Numbered from the stretch's first letter, positions 27,808 to 38,094 are shown. The stretch is 64,000 bases of DNA from Candidatus Woesearchaeota archaeon (GCA_050187915.1 JBFXLI010000001.1:35920-99919); one strand, 5' to 3'. The notes: generated by a model from the letters alone, not told the origin. A program made the numbers and translations.

Positions 27808-29397
27808 ATGCATCCAACTGAATTTAAAATTATTCAACTACTTGGAAAAGAAACAAAAGAACTTAATACAACTGAACTTATTTCTGAAATTTTCAAGAAT
27901 GAATTTAAAAAAGTAAATGAAGATTTAAAAAGTTATGAAAAAGTAATAGTACAAGAAGCAAAAAGAACAAAGGCACAAATGCATAGAAAAATTCTATATC
28001 ATTTAAATAAATTAACCAAAGAAAATTATATTTATGTTGTTAGCACTCATGGTAAAGGTGAAAAATTATTTAAAATTAATGAAGAAAAAAGACTTGAAAA
28101 TACTAAAGATGATGAAATAAAAACAATTTTAGATAATTTAAATAAAAATAAAGATACATTTCCTTTAGGATTGGAAGGATACGAAGAAGAAGGAATTATA
28201 AGAATACATGGTGAAACAGATTGGAGTAATAAAATAAATGCTATTTTTTTAAAACCAATTTTAGACATAAATAAATTTATGAATTTATTACATAATATTT
28301 ATTCGTACATAAATGATTGTATAGGAATTTTAAATTTTCAAGAATATATCGAAACTAAAAATGAAGATGAAACAAAAAATTTTTTAAAAAAAATAAATTT
28401 AGACAGTACAGATTATGGTAAAAGAATTTCAATACAAATTAATTTAGAAAGAAAAGTTAATTTTAATAAAATGTTAGAGTTTATTAAATTATTTTCTGAG
28501 TTGAAACCAAAAAATATAGAATGTGTTTTTCAAATAACAAAAGAAAGTCTGAAAGAAAATTTAAAATTATTTAAAGAAATAACTCAAATATTTTGTAAGG
28601 AAAAAATAAGAATAAATATACAAAATTCACATGTACATGAAGCTCCTATTATTGTTGGTTTAACTGGTACGTATAGTTTGTGTAAAAAAGATTGGGATAG
28701 TTATAATAAAATTCAAGATAAAGTTATAGGTGTATGTGTGTCTGATACTGTTATAGGAATGGATGTAGAAAAAATATATAATTTACCAAAGTCTTTTGTA
28801 ACTATGAAAGAAATTTTTTCAAAAATTTCAAAAGCATTACTTTTGGCATCATCTAATCATAGAAAAAAATCAGATAGTTTATTTAAAAAAATAAATGATT
28901 ATAATAAACCTTATGAAAATTATTTTTTCTCAGTATCTTCTAACTACATACGTTTGTGGAATTATGATCCTGATAGAGAAGATTATAATATGTTTGTTTC
29001 AAGTTTACAAGATATAGAACAATATTTAGATGATTTTTCAAAAACAGAAGAAACTATTTTTAAATCATGTGGAATTCCAATAAGATTTAAAATTTCTTTA
29101 TCAAGTGCATTTGGTAAGTTTGGAGAAAAAATGAGTAAAAGAAAGTATGAAAAAATTACTATAAAAAATAAGGAAGATTTAACTTCTGAAAAAACTAAAA
29201 ATTATATAGAAAAAAGAAAACAATTATTTGATTTATTTATGTGTGACAGAATAAGATTTTTTAGAAATGAAGATTATAATACTACTAAGATAACAGATGA
29301 ATTTTTTACAATAATGGATAATTATAGATTACCTTTTTTTTCTTATGATTTTAAACCAAGACAAGGAAATTTAACACTTAATACATTTTTCAAATGA
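27808..29397 (+). CDS. Large hypothetical protein with an N-terminal winged-helix domain (529 aa).
   Basis: N-terminal MHPTEFKIIQLLGKETKELNTTELISEIF... is HTH-like. The remaining ~430 aa have no recognisable motifs. Its stop overlaps the next gene's start (ATGA). Confidence 0.4.
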   Translation: MHPTEFKIIQLLGKETKELNTTELISEIFKNEFKKVNEDLKSYEKVIVQEAKRTKAQMHRKILYHLNKLTKENYIYVVSTHGKGEKLFKINEEKRLENTKDDEIKTILDNLNKNKDTFPLGLEGYEEEGIIRIHGETDWSNKINAIFLKPILDINKFMNLLHNIYSYINDCIGILNFQEYIETKNEDETKNFLKKINLDSTDYGKRISIQINLERKVNFNKMLEFIKLFSELKPKNIECVFQITKESLKENLKLFKEITQIFCKEKIRINIQNSHVHEAPIIVGLTGTYSLCKKDWDSYNKIQDKVIGVCVSDTVIGMDVEKIYNLPKSFVTMKEIFSKISKALLLASSNHRKKSDSLFKKINDYNKPYENYFFSVSSNYIRLWNYDPDREDYNMFVSSLQDIEQYLDDFSKTEETIFKSCGIPIRFKISLSSAFGKFGEKMSKRKYEKITIKNKEDLTSEKTKNYIEKRKQLFDLFMCDRIRFFRNEDYNTTKITDEFFTIMDNYRLPFFSYDFKPRQGNLTLNTFFK

Positions 29398-30059
29398 GGT
29401 ACAATATGGAAATTAAAGATAAAGATGTAATGCAAATGTGGAAAAAAAGCATTAAACATGTTTTGGAAAATGGAAGAGAATATGTTGATAATGATAAAAG
29501 AATTTGTAAGGAAGTTTTTAATTTAATGTTAGTTGTTGAGAATGTTGAAAAAGAAAAAATAGAAATGCCAATGAATTTAATATATGATTTCGAAAAATGG
29601 ATATATCCATCAAAAGAAGAACTTATAAATTTAATTTTTAAAAAATCTCAAGCTCCTGTTTATGAATATACTCATGGAGGAAGAATTTTTAATTTTGGTA
29701 ATGTAAAAAATCAAGTAGATGAATTTATTATTCCTGTTTTGAAAAAAGATAATGATTCAAGAAGAGCTTTAGTTATTATTTATGATCCATTAATAGATTC
29801 AATTTTTGGAAATATAAATACGCCTTCATTAATATCTTTACATTTTAGAATTATTGAAGATAAATTAAATATAACTGGTTTAATTAGAAGTAATGATTTA
29901 TTATTTGGTTTACCTTCTAATTTATTTCAAATTTATTTAATTCAAGAATATGTTGCAAAACAATTCATGTTAAAACTTGGTTCTATGACTATTATAAGTC
30001 ATTCAGCTCACTTTTTTATAGAAAGTGAAAATCCTTTATTAGATAAATTAAAAGAATAA
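29394..30059 (+). CDS. Thymidylate-synthase (ThyA)-fold protein whose catalytic Cys-His dyad is replaced by Ser-Leu.
   Basis: Collinear with ThyA. DSRRALVIIYDP matches DSRRIIVSAWN, and INTPSLISLHFRI sits where ThyA has LAPCHAFFQFYV. ITGLIRSNDLLFGLPSNLFQIYLIQEYVAKQ matches [33 protein letters not shown], and SHSAHFF sits where ThyA has GGDTHLY. R-S-D and the Asn of the PxN motif are kept; the nucleophile Cys is not. Confidence 0.65.
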   Translation: MRYNMEIKDKDVMQMWKKSIKHVLENGREYVDNDKRICKEVFNLMLVVENVEKEKIEMPMNLIYDFEKWIYPSKEELINLIFKKSQAPVYEYTHGGRIFNFGNVKNQVDEFIIPVLKKDNDSRRALVIIYDPLIDSIFGNINTPSLISLHFRIIEDKLNITGLIRSNDLLFGLPSNLFQIYLIQEYVAKQFMLKLGSMTIISHSAHFFIESENPLLDKLKE

Positions 30060-30099
30060 AAATATAAATTAAATAAAAATACTTAAAAAAGGTTTAAAA

Positions 30100-33000
30100 A
30101 TGGAATTCAAAACTATCACAGAAAAATGGCAGAAAAAATGGGAAGAAGGAAAAATATTTGAAGTTGAAAAAAACGAAAAACCTAAATTTTATGTTTTAGA
30201 AATGTTTCCTTATCCTTCGGGTTCTGGACTTCATGTTGGTCATGCATTTAATTATACTATTGGAGATGTTATTGCAAGGTTTAAATTAATGAATGGTTTT
30301 AATGTATTGCATCCAATGGGATATGATAGTTTTGGTTTACCAGCTGAAAATGCTGCGATAAAAGAAGGTATGCATCCTGATGAATATACACAAAAGTCTA
30401 TGAAAAATTTTAAAATTCAACAAAAAAGATTGGGATTAACTTATGATTGGAATAGAATGGTCGCAACTAGTACTTCTGAATTCTATAAATGGGATCAATG
30501 GATTTTCATTCAAATGTATAAAAAAGGTTTAGCTTATCGTAAAAAGTCTCCTATTAATTGGTGTCCAAAATGTAATACTGTTTTAGCCAATGAACAAGTT
30601 CATAATGGAAAGTGTTGGCGTCATGAAGATACTTCTGTTGAAATTAAACATTTGACTCAATGGTATTTTAAAACAACTGCTTATGCTGAAGAATTAAATG
30701 ATCAAAGTAAACTTGAAGAATGGCCTGAATTAGTTAAAAAACTACAAAAAAATTGGATTGGTAAAAGTTATGGTACTGAAGTTGTCTTTAGTATTAAAGA
30801 TAAAAATATATCTAATGTAATTATTGTTCATGGTTCAAATTCAACTGAAGAAGGGTCAAAAAAATCTCCTGAAAATGAAAGACATTGGAAACGTTGGTTG
30901 AAAAACGAACTTGAAAAAGAAGGAATTAAAGTTTCAAATGAATTGTATCCTAATGATTGGTATCCTAAATATAATGATTGGAAAGAATTATTTGAAAAAA
31001 ATAATATTGATGAAAATAGCATATTAATAGGACATTCTGCAGGTGGAGCATTTTTAGTTAGATGGTTAGATGAAACTGGAAGAAAAATAAAAAAATTAAT
31101 ACTAGTATCACCAGGAAAAGCAGGAAAACAAAGTAGAAATTTTTTGGATGATCTTTATGGAAATGTAACAATTAAAAATATTGGTAAAAATGTTAAGAGT
31201 GAAATTGTTATTTATACTTCAAACAATGATATTGAAAAACACATTATTGGAGCTAAAGAATATTCTGAAGAATTACCTGCTAAAGTAATAACTCTTGAAA
31301 ACAAGGGACATTTCACAGAAAAAGAAATGGGTACAAAAGAATTTCCTGAATTATTAAATGAAGTTCTATATGAAGATTGGAAAGTTTTCACAACTCGTCC
31401 AGATACTTTAATGGGAGTTACATTTTTAGTAATCTCAGCTCAACACACAAGACTAATGGAATTAGTTACAAAAGATCAAAAGAAAAAAGTTGAAGATTTT
31501 GTGAAAAAATTAACTTCTGTATCTGAAGAAGAAATTGACCAATTAGAGAAAGAAGGAGTATTTACTGGCAGTTATGCAACCCATCCAATTACAAATGAAA
31601 AAATTCCAGTTTATGCTGGTAATTTCGTTCTAGCTGATTATGGTTGTGGTATGGTTATGGCTGTTCCTACTCATGATCAAAGAGATTTTGAATTTGCAAA
31701 AAAATATAATATTCCTATGAAGCAAGTTATTGCGCCATATTTTATAACTGACAAAGGTCCTGATGCTTTTCAGGTAGGAAAACCAGTTGTGAAAAGACAT
31801 TCAATTCATGTTATAATAAAACATTGGAGTGAAGATAAATACTTATGTCTTGATTGGACTAAATTTGGTTGGCATACTTTAGTTGTAGGAGGAATAAATG
31901 AAGGAGAATCTCCTGAAGAAGCTACAGTTAGAGAAATTGAAGAAGAAACAGGTTATCAAGACATTAAATCAATTAAAAATTTAAACTTAGATATAATTGG
32001 TGAATTTTACGCTTCTCATAAAAATGAAAATCGTTCCGCACATTTTGTTTCTATGTTTGTGGAACTGGGTTCTGATAAACAAGTTGAAACTAAACCAGAA
32101 CATAATAAACATCATAAAATGGTTTGGTTAGATAAAAAGGATGTAATGAATTTTTTAAACATTCCAACTTATAATAAAAATTGGGAAACTTATTTGAATG
32201 AAGAATGTGCATACACTGATGCTGGAAGATTAATTAATTCTGGTAATTTTAATGATTTACCTAACGATAAAGCTAAAGAAGAAATCACAAAAGAACTTAC
32301 AAAATTAAATAAAGGGAATAAAACTGTAAATTTTAAATTAAGAGATTGGTTAATTTCCAGACAACGATATTGGGGAACACCTATTCCAATAATTTATTGT
32401 GAAAATTGTGGTGAAGTTCTTGATGAAAATATTCCTGTTACTTTACCTATGGATGTTAAATTTGGTGAAGGTAATCCTTTAACAACTTCAGAAAGTTTTG
32501 TTAATTGCAAATGTCCTAAGTGTGGAAATGATGCAAAACGTGAAACAGATACTATGGATACTTTTGTTAATTCGTCTTGGTATAATTTAAGATATGCTGA
32601 TGCAAAAAATAATAAAGAAATTTTCAACAAAGAAAAAGTAAATTATTGGAATCCAATTGATTTATACATTGGCGGAAAAGAACACGCTTGTATGCATTTA
32701 ATATATATTAGATTCTATACTAAATTTTTACGAGATTTGGGATTATTAAATTTTGATGAGCCTGCAATTAAAATGTTTAACCAAGGTATGATTCAAGGTG
32801 CTGATGGAAATAAAATGTCTAAATCTAAAGGTAATACTGTTGATGTTACTGAAATTATTGATAAATATGGTGCTGATGCATTAAGAATGTATTTAGTTTC
32901 TGTTGCTGGACCTGAATCTGATTTTAACTGGAATGATAGAGGTTTAGAATCTATTGCAAAATTTTTGAATAAAGTAGAAGATTATTTTGAAAATGTTAGA

Positions 33001-33702
33001 ATAAATTCTTCAACACAAAAAACAAATAATAAAGTTCATTCAACATTGAAAGAAGTTACAATTTTAATTGAAAAGATGAGATTTAATTTAGCAATAATTA
33101 AAATAAGAGAATTATTTGATTATTTATCTAATGAAGAAAGTAAAGAAAATTTAGAAATATTTGTAAAAATGTTAAGTCCTTTTTGTCCTCATTTAGCAGA
33201 AGAATTATCGGAAAAAATTGGTAATAAAGAATTTGTTTCAATTTCAAATTGGCCTAAATTTGATGAAAGTAAAATAAATTCTGAATTTGATTTTGAAGAT
33301 AAATTTATTTTAGAAGTTAAAGAAGATATTTCAAATGTTCAAAAATTACTTAAAATAGAAAAAATAAATTCTTTGAAATTAATAGTTGCAAATAAATGGA
33401 AATATGATTTATATTTAAAATTAAAATCAATATTAAATGAAATTTCAAATCCAAATGAAATTATTCCTAAAATTATGAATTCAGAATTAAAACAATATGG
33501 ACAAGAAATTATGAAAATAGTTCCTAAAATTGTAAAAACAAAAGTAGTTCCTGATTTTGTTTCTCAAGAGAAAGAAGAAGAAATTCTTAAAAATTTAGTT
33601 AAGGAATTTGATTTTAAAGTTGAAGTTAGTTTAGCTGAAGACTCACAAGAAGCAAAAGCAAAGAATGCAATGCCCGGTAAACCAAGCATAATTGTAAATT
33701 AA
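30100..33702 (+). CDS. leuS: Leucyl-tRNA synthetase, bacterial type, 1200 aa, carrying two inserted domains (alpha/beta serine hydrolase and NUDIX).
   Basis: PYPSGSGLHVGHAFNYTIGD (HIGH), TTRPDTLMGVTF (CP1 start), VPTHDQRDFEFAKKY, RDWLISRQRYWGTPIP, and KMSKSKGN (KMSKS). Insertion 1 is at ~30817-31367 (GHSAGG, YdeN-like). Insertion 2 is at ~31735-32215 (Nudix box GGINEGESPEEATVREIEEETGY). Confidence 0.9.
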   Translation: MEFKTITEKWQKKWEEGKIFEVEKNEKPKFYVLEMFPYPSGSGLHVGHAFNYTIGDVIARFKLMNGFNVLHPMGYDSFGLPAENAAIKEGMHPDEYTQKSMKNFKIQQKRLGLTYDWNRMVATSTSEFYKWDQWIFIQMYKKGLAYRKKSPINWCPKCNTVLANEQVHNGKCWRHEDTSVEIKHLTQWYFKTTAYAEELNDQSKLEEWPELVKKLQKNWIGKSYGTEVVFSIKDKNISNVIIVHGSNSTEEGSKKSPENERHWKRWLKNELEKEGIKVSNELYPNDWYPKYNDWKELFEKNNIDENSILIGHSAGGAFLVRWLDETGRKIKKLILVSPGKAGKQSRNFLDDLYGNVTIKNIGKNVKSEIVIYTSNNDIEKHIIGAKEYSEELPAKVITLENKGHFTEKEMGTKEFPELLNEVLYEDWKVFTTRPDTLMGVTFLVISAQHTRLMELVTKDQKKKVEDFVKKLTSVSEEEIDQLEKEGVFTGSYATHPITNEKIPVYAGNFVLADYGCGMVMAVPTHDQRDFEFAKKYNIPMKQVIAPYFITDKGPDAFQVGKPVVKRHSIHVIIKHWSEDKYLCLDWTKFGWHTLVVGGINEGESPEEATVREIEEETGYQDIKSIKNLNLDIIGEFYASHKNENRSAHFVSMFVELGSDKQVETKPEHNKHHKMVWLDKKDVMNFLNIPTYNKNWETYLNEECAYTDAGRLINSGNFNDLPNDKAKEEITKELTKLNKGNKTVNFKLRDWLISRQRYWGTPIPIIYCENCGEVLDENIPVTLPMDVKFGEGNPLTTSESFVNCKCPKCGNDAKRETDTMDTFVNSSWYNLRYADAKNNKEIFNKEKVNYWNPIDLYIGGKEHACMHLIYIRFYTKFLRDLGLLNFDEPAIKMFNQGMIQGADGNKMSKSKGNTVDVTEIIDKYGADALRMYLVSVAGPESDFNWNDRGLESIAKFLNKVEDYFENVRINSSTQKTNNKVHSTLKEVTILIEKMRFNLAIIKIRELFDYLSNEESKENLEIFVKMLSPFCPHLAEELSEKIGNKEFVSISNWPKFDESKINSEFDFEDKFILEVKEDISNVQKLLKIEKINSLKLIVANKWKYDLYLKLKSILNEISNPNEIIPKIMNSELKQYGQEIMKIVPKIVKTKVVPDFVSQEKEEEILKNLVKEFDFKVEVSLAEDSQEAKAKNAMPGKPSIIVN

Positions 33703-33724
33703 TTTTATTATTTTAATTATATTC

Positions 33725-34050
33725 TGAAAGAAAAAACTGACGTCTGCTCCACTGATTCGCTGACTCCAGAAAAAAGTGGCGCGCAAGGCAGTGGACTTAA
33801 CAAATATCTGAATGATAGTCTGAAATAATTCTACTCTCTGCAACCCTTTAAACACCGATTGAATGTACGCATGGCTGCTACCGTCAGGTCCTGACCAGGT
33901 TTGTAAAACAAACGATCAAAAAGGACAGAGCATCAAACAAATTAAATCAGCATGCAAACATTTGCAAGCCGCCTGCCAAGCTTCGATTCGCCCAACGATC
34001 CGTTTGACGCAACAGGTGAGGATCAGCCACCCAATCTAGCCATCTTTAGA
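33725..34050. other. Non-coding GC-rich island (~48-50% GC against a ~27% background); candidate structured RNA (possibly SRP/7S RNA on the minus strand) or foreign DNA.
   Basis: No ORF of 60 aa or more apart from one spurious one overlapping the LeuRS end. It contains GACGTC, GCGCGC, AAGCTT and GCATGC, all rare in this genome. The minus strand carries CCUGGUCAGGACCUGACGGUAGCAGCC, which resembles SRP RNA helix 8 (CCAGGUCAGGUCCGGAAGGAAGCAGCC in E. coli 4.5S), with the U-A pair covarying to A-U. Confidence 0.3.
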
Positions 34051-34080
34051 AAAGAATAAGTTGTTTATAAAAGTAATGTT

Positions 34081-35001
34081 CTAAATTAAAAAAATCAATA
34101 ACCAACTAAAAATAGCTCCTAGAAAGCATCCCATTGAAATAAATGGCATTGCAGGATAAAATTTGCCTTTTTTAGAATAGTAAAATAATAAGAATAAAGC
34201 TAAAGTTGTTATAATTATTATTGGTAAAACGAATAAATAAGAGTTTATAATTGAAAAACCATTTTTAATTAAATTTTCCATAACAACTCCTGTAAATAAC
34301 AATGGAAAAACTACGTCTCCTCCACCAAGTATTGCTGTTTTTGATTTATTTTTTGTAGAATTTTTTAAATTTATTTTTTTATGAGATTGTTTTATTTTAT
34401 TTGCTTCATAATTTATTGTCAATCCTGCAAACATATTTGATTCTGCTGTAAACTTTGCTAAAGTAATCATGTGTTTACTTTTCCAAACTGCATACATATC
34501 ATATATTGAAATTAAAATTAATACTATTGAAATCCAAAATAAATCAAATAAAGGAACTAAAAATATTGCAAGTCCTGAATACATTAAAACTTCAGTTATA
34601 TTGTGAGTATATATATTTGGTTTTAATATTTTTATTGTAGCTATAATTATTGCTAAAATTAAAGCAATTTGTGCAGATAGAATTACACCTAAACTTATTG
34701 ATACTGTCATTATTACTGCTAATATGTACCAAAATTTCCAAATTTTTTTAGCCTTGTATTTAGCTAAAAATAACAATAATAATGTTCCAATTAATACTCC
34801 TATTATTATATATATTAAGCTTTGCCCACCATTAAATTCAGGACGTTCACCTATTACTGTTTCTGGATGTACAACAACTAATTCTCCTGTATCAGATATT
34901 GTTAAATTATCTATATCTGCTGCAATAAAAGCTAAACCTATTAATTGAGATAAGAAAAATATAAAAACTAAAATTAATGTTACTTTAAATTCATGTTTCA
35001 T
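34081..35001 (-). CDS. Presenilin/signal-peptide-peptidase-like intramembrane aspartyl protease (A22 family homolog).
   Basis: Polytopic membrane protein with the three hallmark motifs in order: ISIYDMYAVW (YD), AILGGGDVVFP (GxGD), and FYPAMPFIS (the PAL-like motif). Confidence 0.6.
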   Translation of the reverse strand: MKHEFKVTLILVFIFFLSQLIGLAFIAADIDNLTISDTGELVVVHPETVIGERPEFNGGQSLIYIIIGVLIGTLLLLFLAKYKAKKIWKFWYILAVIMTVSISLGVILSAQIALILAIIIATIKILKPNIYTHNITEVLMYSGLAIFLVPLFDLFWISIVLILISIYDMYAVWKSKHMITLAKFTAESNMFAGLTINYEANKIKQSHKKINLKNSTKNKSKTAILGGGDVVFPLLFTGVVMENLIKNGFSIINSYLFVLPIIIITTLALFLLFYYSKKGKFYPAMPFISMGCFLGAIFSWLLIFLI

Positions 35002-35915
35002 CTATTTTTAGAAGTTTTAGTTGGTTTAATAATGTTTTTCTTTTTGGGAGAAATTTTTGATTTTTTGACTGATTTCTTTTTGACTGATTTCTTTTTGACT
35101 GATTTCTTTGATTTATCAATTGAAATATTATTCTTAACATTATTAGTATATGCCGAAAAAGAACTATTTTCACTAAAGAATTTTGAAGTTCTAGATATTT
35201 TTATCATTCTTGTGAGTCTAAAACTTGTTTGAAAAATTTTTATAATTCTAGCAGCTCTAACTATTTTAAATGCTCTAAAAAAACCTATTGAAGGTATTGA
35301 AGCTAAAACATCGAAAAAGTTTTTTGTAATGAATTTTTTAAAAGATTCAGCTTTTTCATAAAGTATTATTACATCAACTATAAATAAAGCAGTTATAATT
35401 AAATCAACCATATCTAATATTGCAATATAATTTGATAAATCATAAAATGTTTGGAGTAAAAGTTGTAAAATTGCTACTGCTACTGCTACTAAAATAATTA
35501 TTCCCCATAATATTTCAAAAGAAGATTTATCTAAATGTTCGGGCGTAATTTCTGAATGAATTGAATCTTCTATTCCTGATGCTTTAGTAATTGTGTTTAA
35601 TATTTCTTTAAATCCAACTGTAACTACAGAAGCTGCTGAAACTAATATGAAATTGGATAATATTTTACCAAATGGTGAAAGTGAAAAAAATGAACCTAAC
35701 ATATTTAATAAAATTGAACCTGCAATAACAAATGAAACACTTGCAATCAGAAAATCTTTTTCTTCTGAAAGTAAAAATAAACCTACTAAAACTCCTGAAA
35801 ATACGAGTACAATTGATTTTGCAATTTGTAAATTAACTGAAAATGTTTGGAAAGAACCATCTATTATTGCGAGCATTGAAGCTAAGACAAAAAAATAAAG
35901 TCCTACTTTGTTCAT
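34998..35915 (-). CDS. Membrane protein with a voltage-sensor-like domain (S4-type Arg/Lys repeats) and a K-rich repetitive C-terminal tail.
   Basis: Four N-terminal TM helices. Then an S2/S3-like helix with acidic residues (LDMVDLIITALFIVDVIILY). Then FRAFKIVRAARIIKIFQTSFRLTRMIKISR, with a basic residue every third position. The tail is KSVKKKSVKKKSVKKSKISPKKK. No pore-loop/selectivity filter is evident. Confidence 0.45.
   Translation of the reverse strand: MNKVGLYFFVLASMLAIIDGSFQTFSVNLQIAKSIVLVFSGVLVGLFLLSEEKDFLIASVSFVIAGSILLNMLGSFFSLSPFGKILSNFILVSAASVVTVGFKEILNTITKASGIEDSIHSEITPEHLDKSSFEILWGIIILVAVAVAILQLLLQTFYDLSNYIAILDMVDLIITALFIVDVIILYEKAESFKKFITKNFFDVLASIPSIGFFRAFKIVRAARIIKIFQTSFRLTRMIKISRTSKFFSENSSFSAYTNNVKNNISIDKSKKSVKKKSVKKKSVKKSKISPKKKNIIKPTKTSKNR
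35061..35110. repeat. 15-bp tandem repeat (~3 copies) inside the CDS, encoding the KSVKK repeats.
   Basis: GACTGATTTCTTTTT repeated three times head to tail at 35067-35110. Confidence 0.7.
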
Positions 35916-36166
35916 TTTTTGTTGTTCCTCATCACTTTAATTCTTGCTTTTCTTACTTCATGATGTTCATCTATAGCTAATTCTTCTTCTATAGGTGCAT
36001 AAGTCATACTAATAAATGAAGCAACAAACATACAAATACTTATAAAACCGACAATAAAAGCCCAATTTAAAGAATAATTTTTTAAGAATAATGTTGAAAT
36101 TAATATTCCTAGCATAGATACTAACATAAAACTTCCAGATAATGGTGCTACTTTAAACATTCTCAA
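35912..36166 (-). CDS. Small two-TM membrane protein, hypothetical.
   Basis: 84 aa with two hydrophobic helices and a basic tail. Overlaps the downstream gene by 4 nt. Confidence 0.35.
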   Translation of the reverse strand: MRMFKVAPLSGSFMLVSMLGILISTLFLKNYSLNWAFIVGFISICMFVASFISMTYAPIEEELAIDEHHEVRKARIKVMRNNKK

Positions 36167-36211
36167 CTCACCCCAATGAACTTATTTGACGTGTTTCATT
36201 TATATATGTTT

Positions 36212-36433
36212 CTATTCGAGAAGTTCAAATCTAGGCACAATTTTGCCTTGAAATTCGACTTTTTCAAGAAACATTGATAATGGACGAACCCAAAATTCAT
36301 TAAAATTAGCATCTAATCTTTTGTATAAAACTAATTCTTCTAAAGTTTCGCTGTGTTTAGCAATTCCAATAACTTCATATAAATGTCCTTTAAAATTTCT
36401 ATATTTGCCTAATTTCAATTTTTCCATTGACAA
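36212..36433 (-). CDS. DUF1653-like small protein.
   Basis: KYRNFKGHLYEVIGIAKHSETLEELVLYKRL...WVRP, the pattern typical of DUF1653. Confidence 0.45.
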   Translation of the reverse strand: MSMEKLKLGKYRNFKGHLYEVIGIAKHSETLEELVLYKRLDANFNEFWVRPLSMFLEKVEFQGKIVPRFELLE

Positions 36434-36510
36434 AAAACAACATAAAAAGTATATAAATTTAAGGAAAATTTAACAATTAATTTATAAATAAATAAATATT
36501 TTCAAAAAAT

Positions 36511-38094
<1,584 letters not shown>

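Noticed and set aside
33643-33855. 70-aa minus-strand ORF overlapping the leuS 3' end and entering the GC island.
   Set aside because: It overlaps the well-supported LeuRS C-terminus, has no motif, and is probably a spurious frame.
33725-34050. RNase P RNA in the GC island.
   Set aside because: No P4 GGAAAGTCCGG-like motif or ACAGAA(C/A)CCGGCUUA-like 3' motif on either strand. The only familiar motif is SRP helix-8-like, so SRP RNA is left as a tentative hypothesis.
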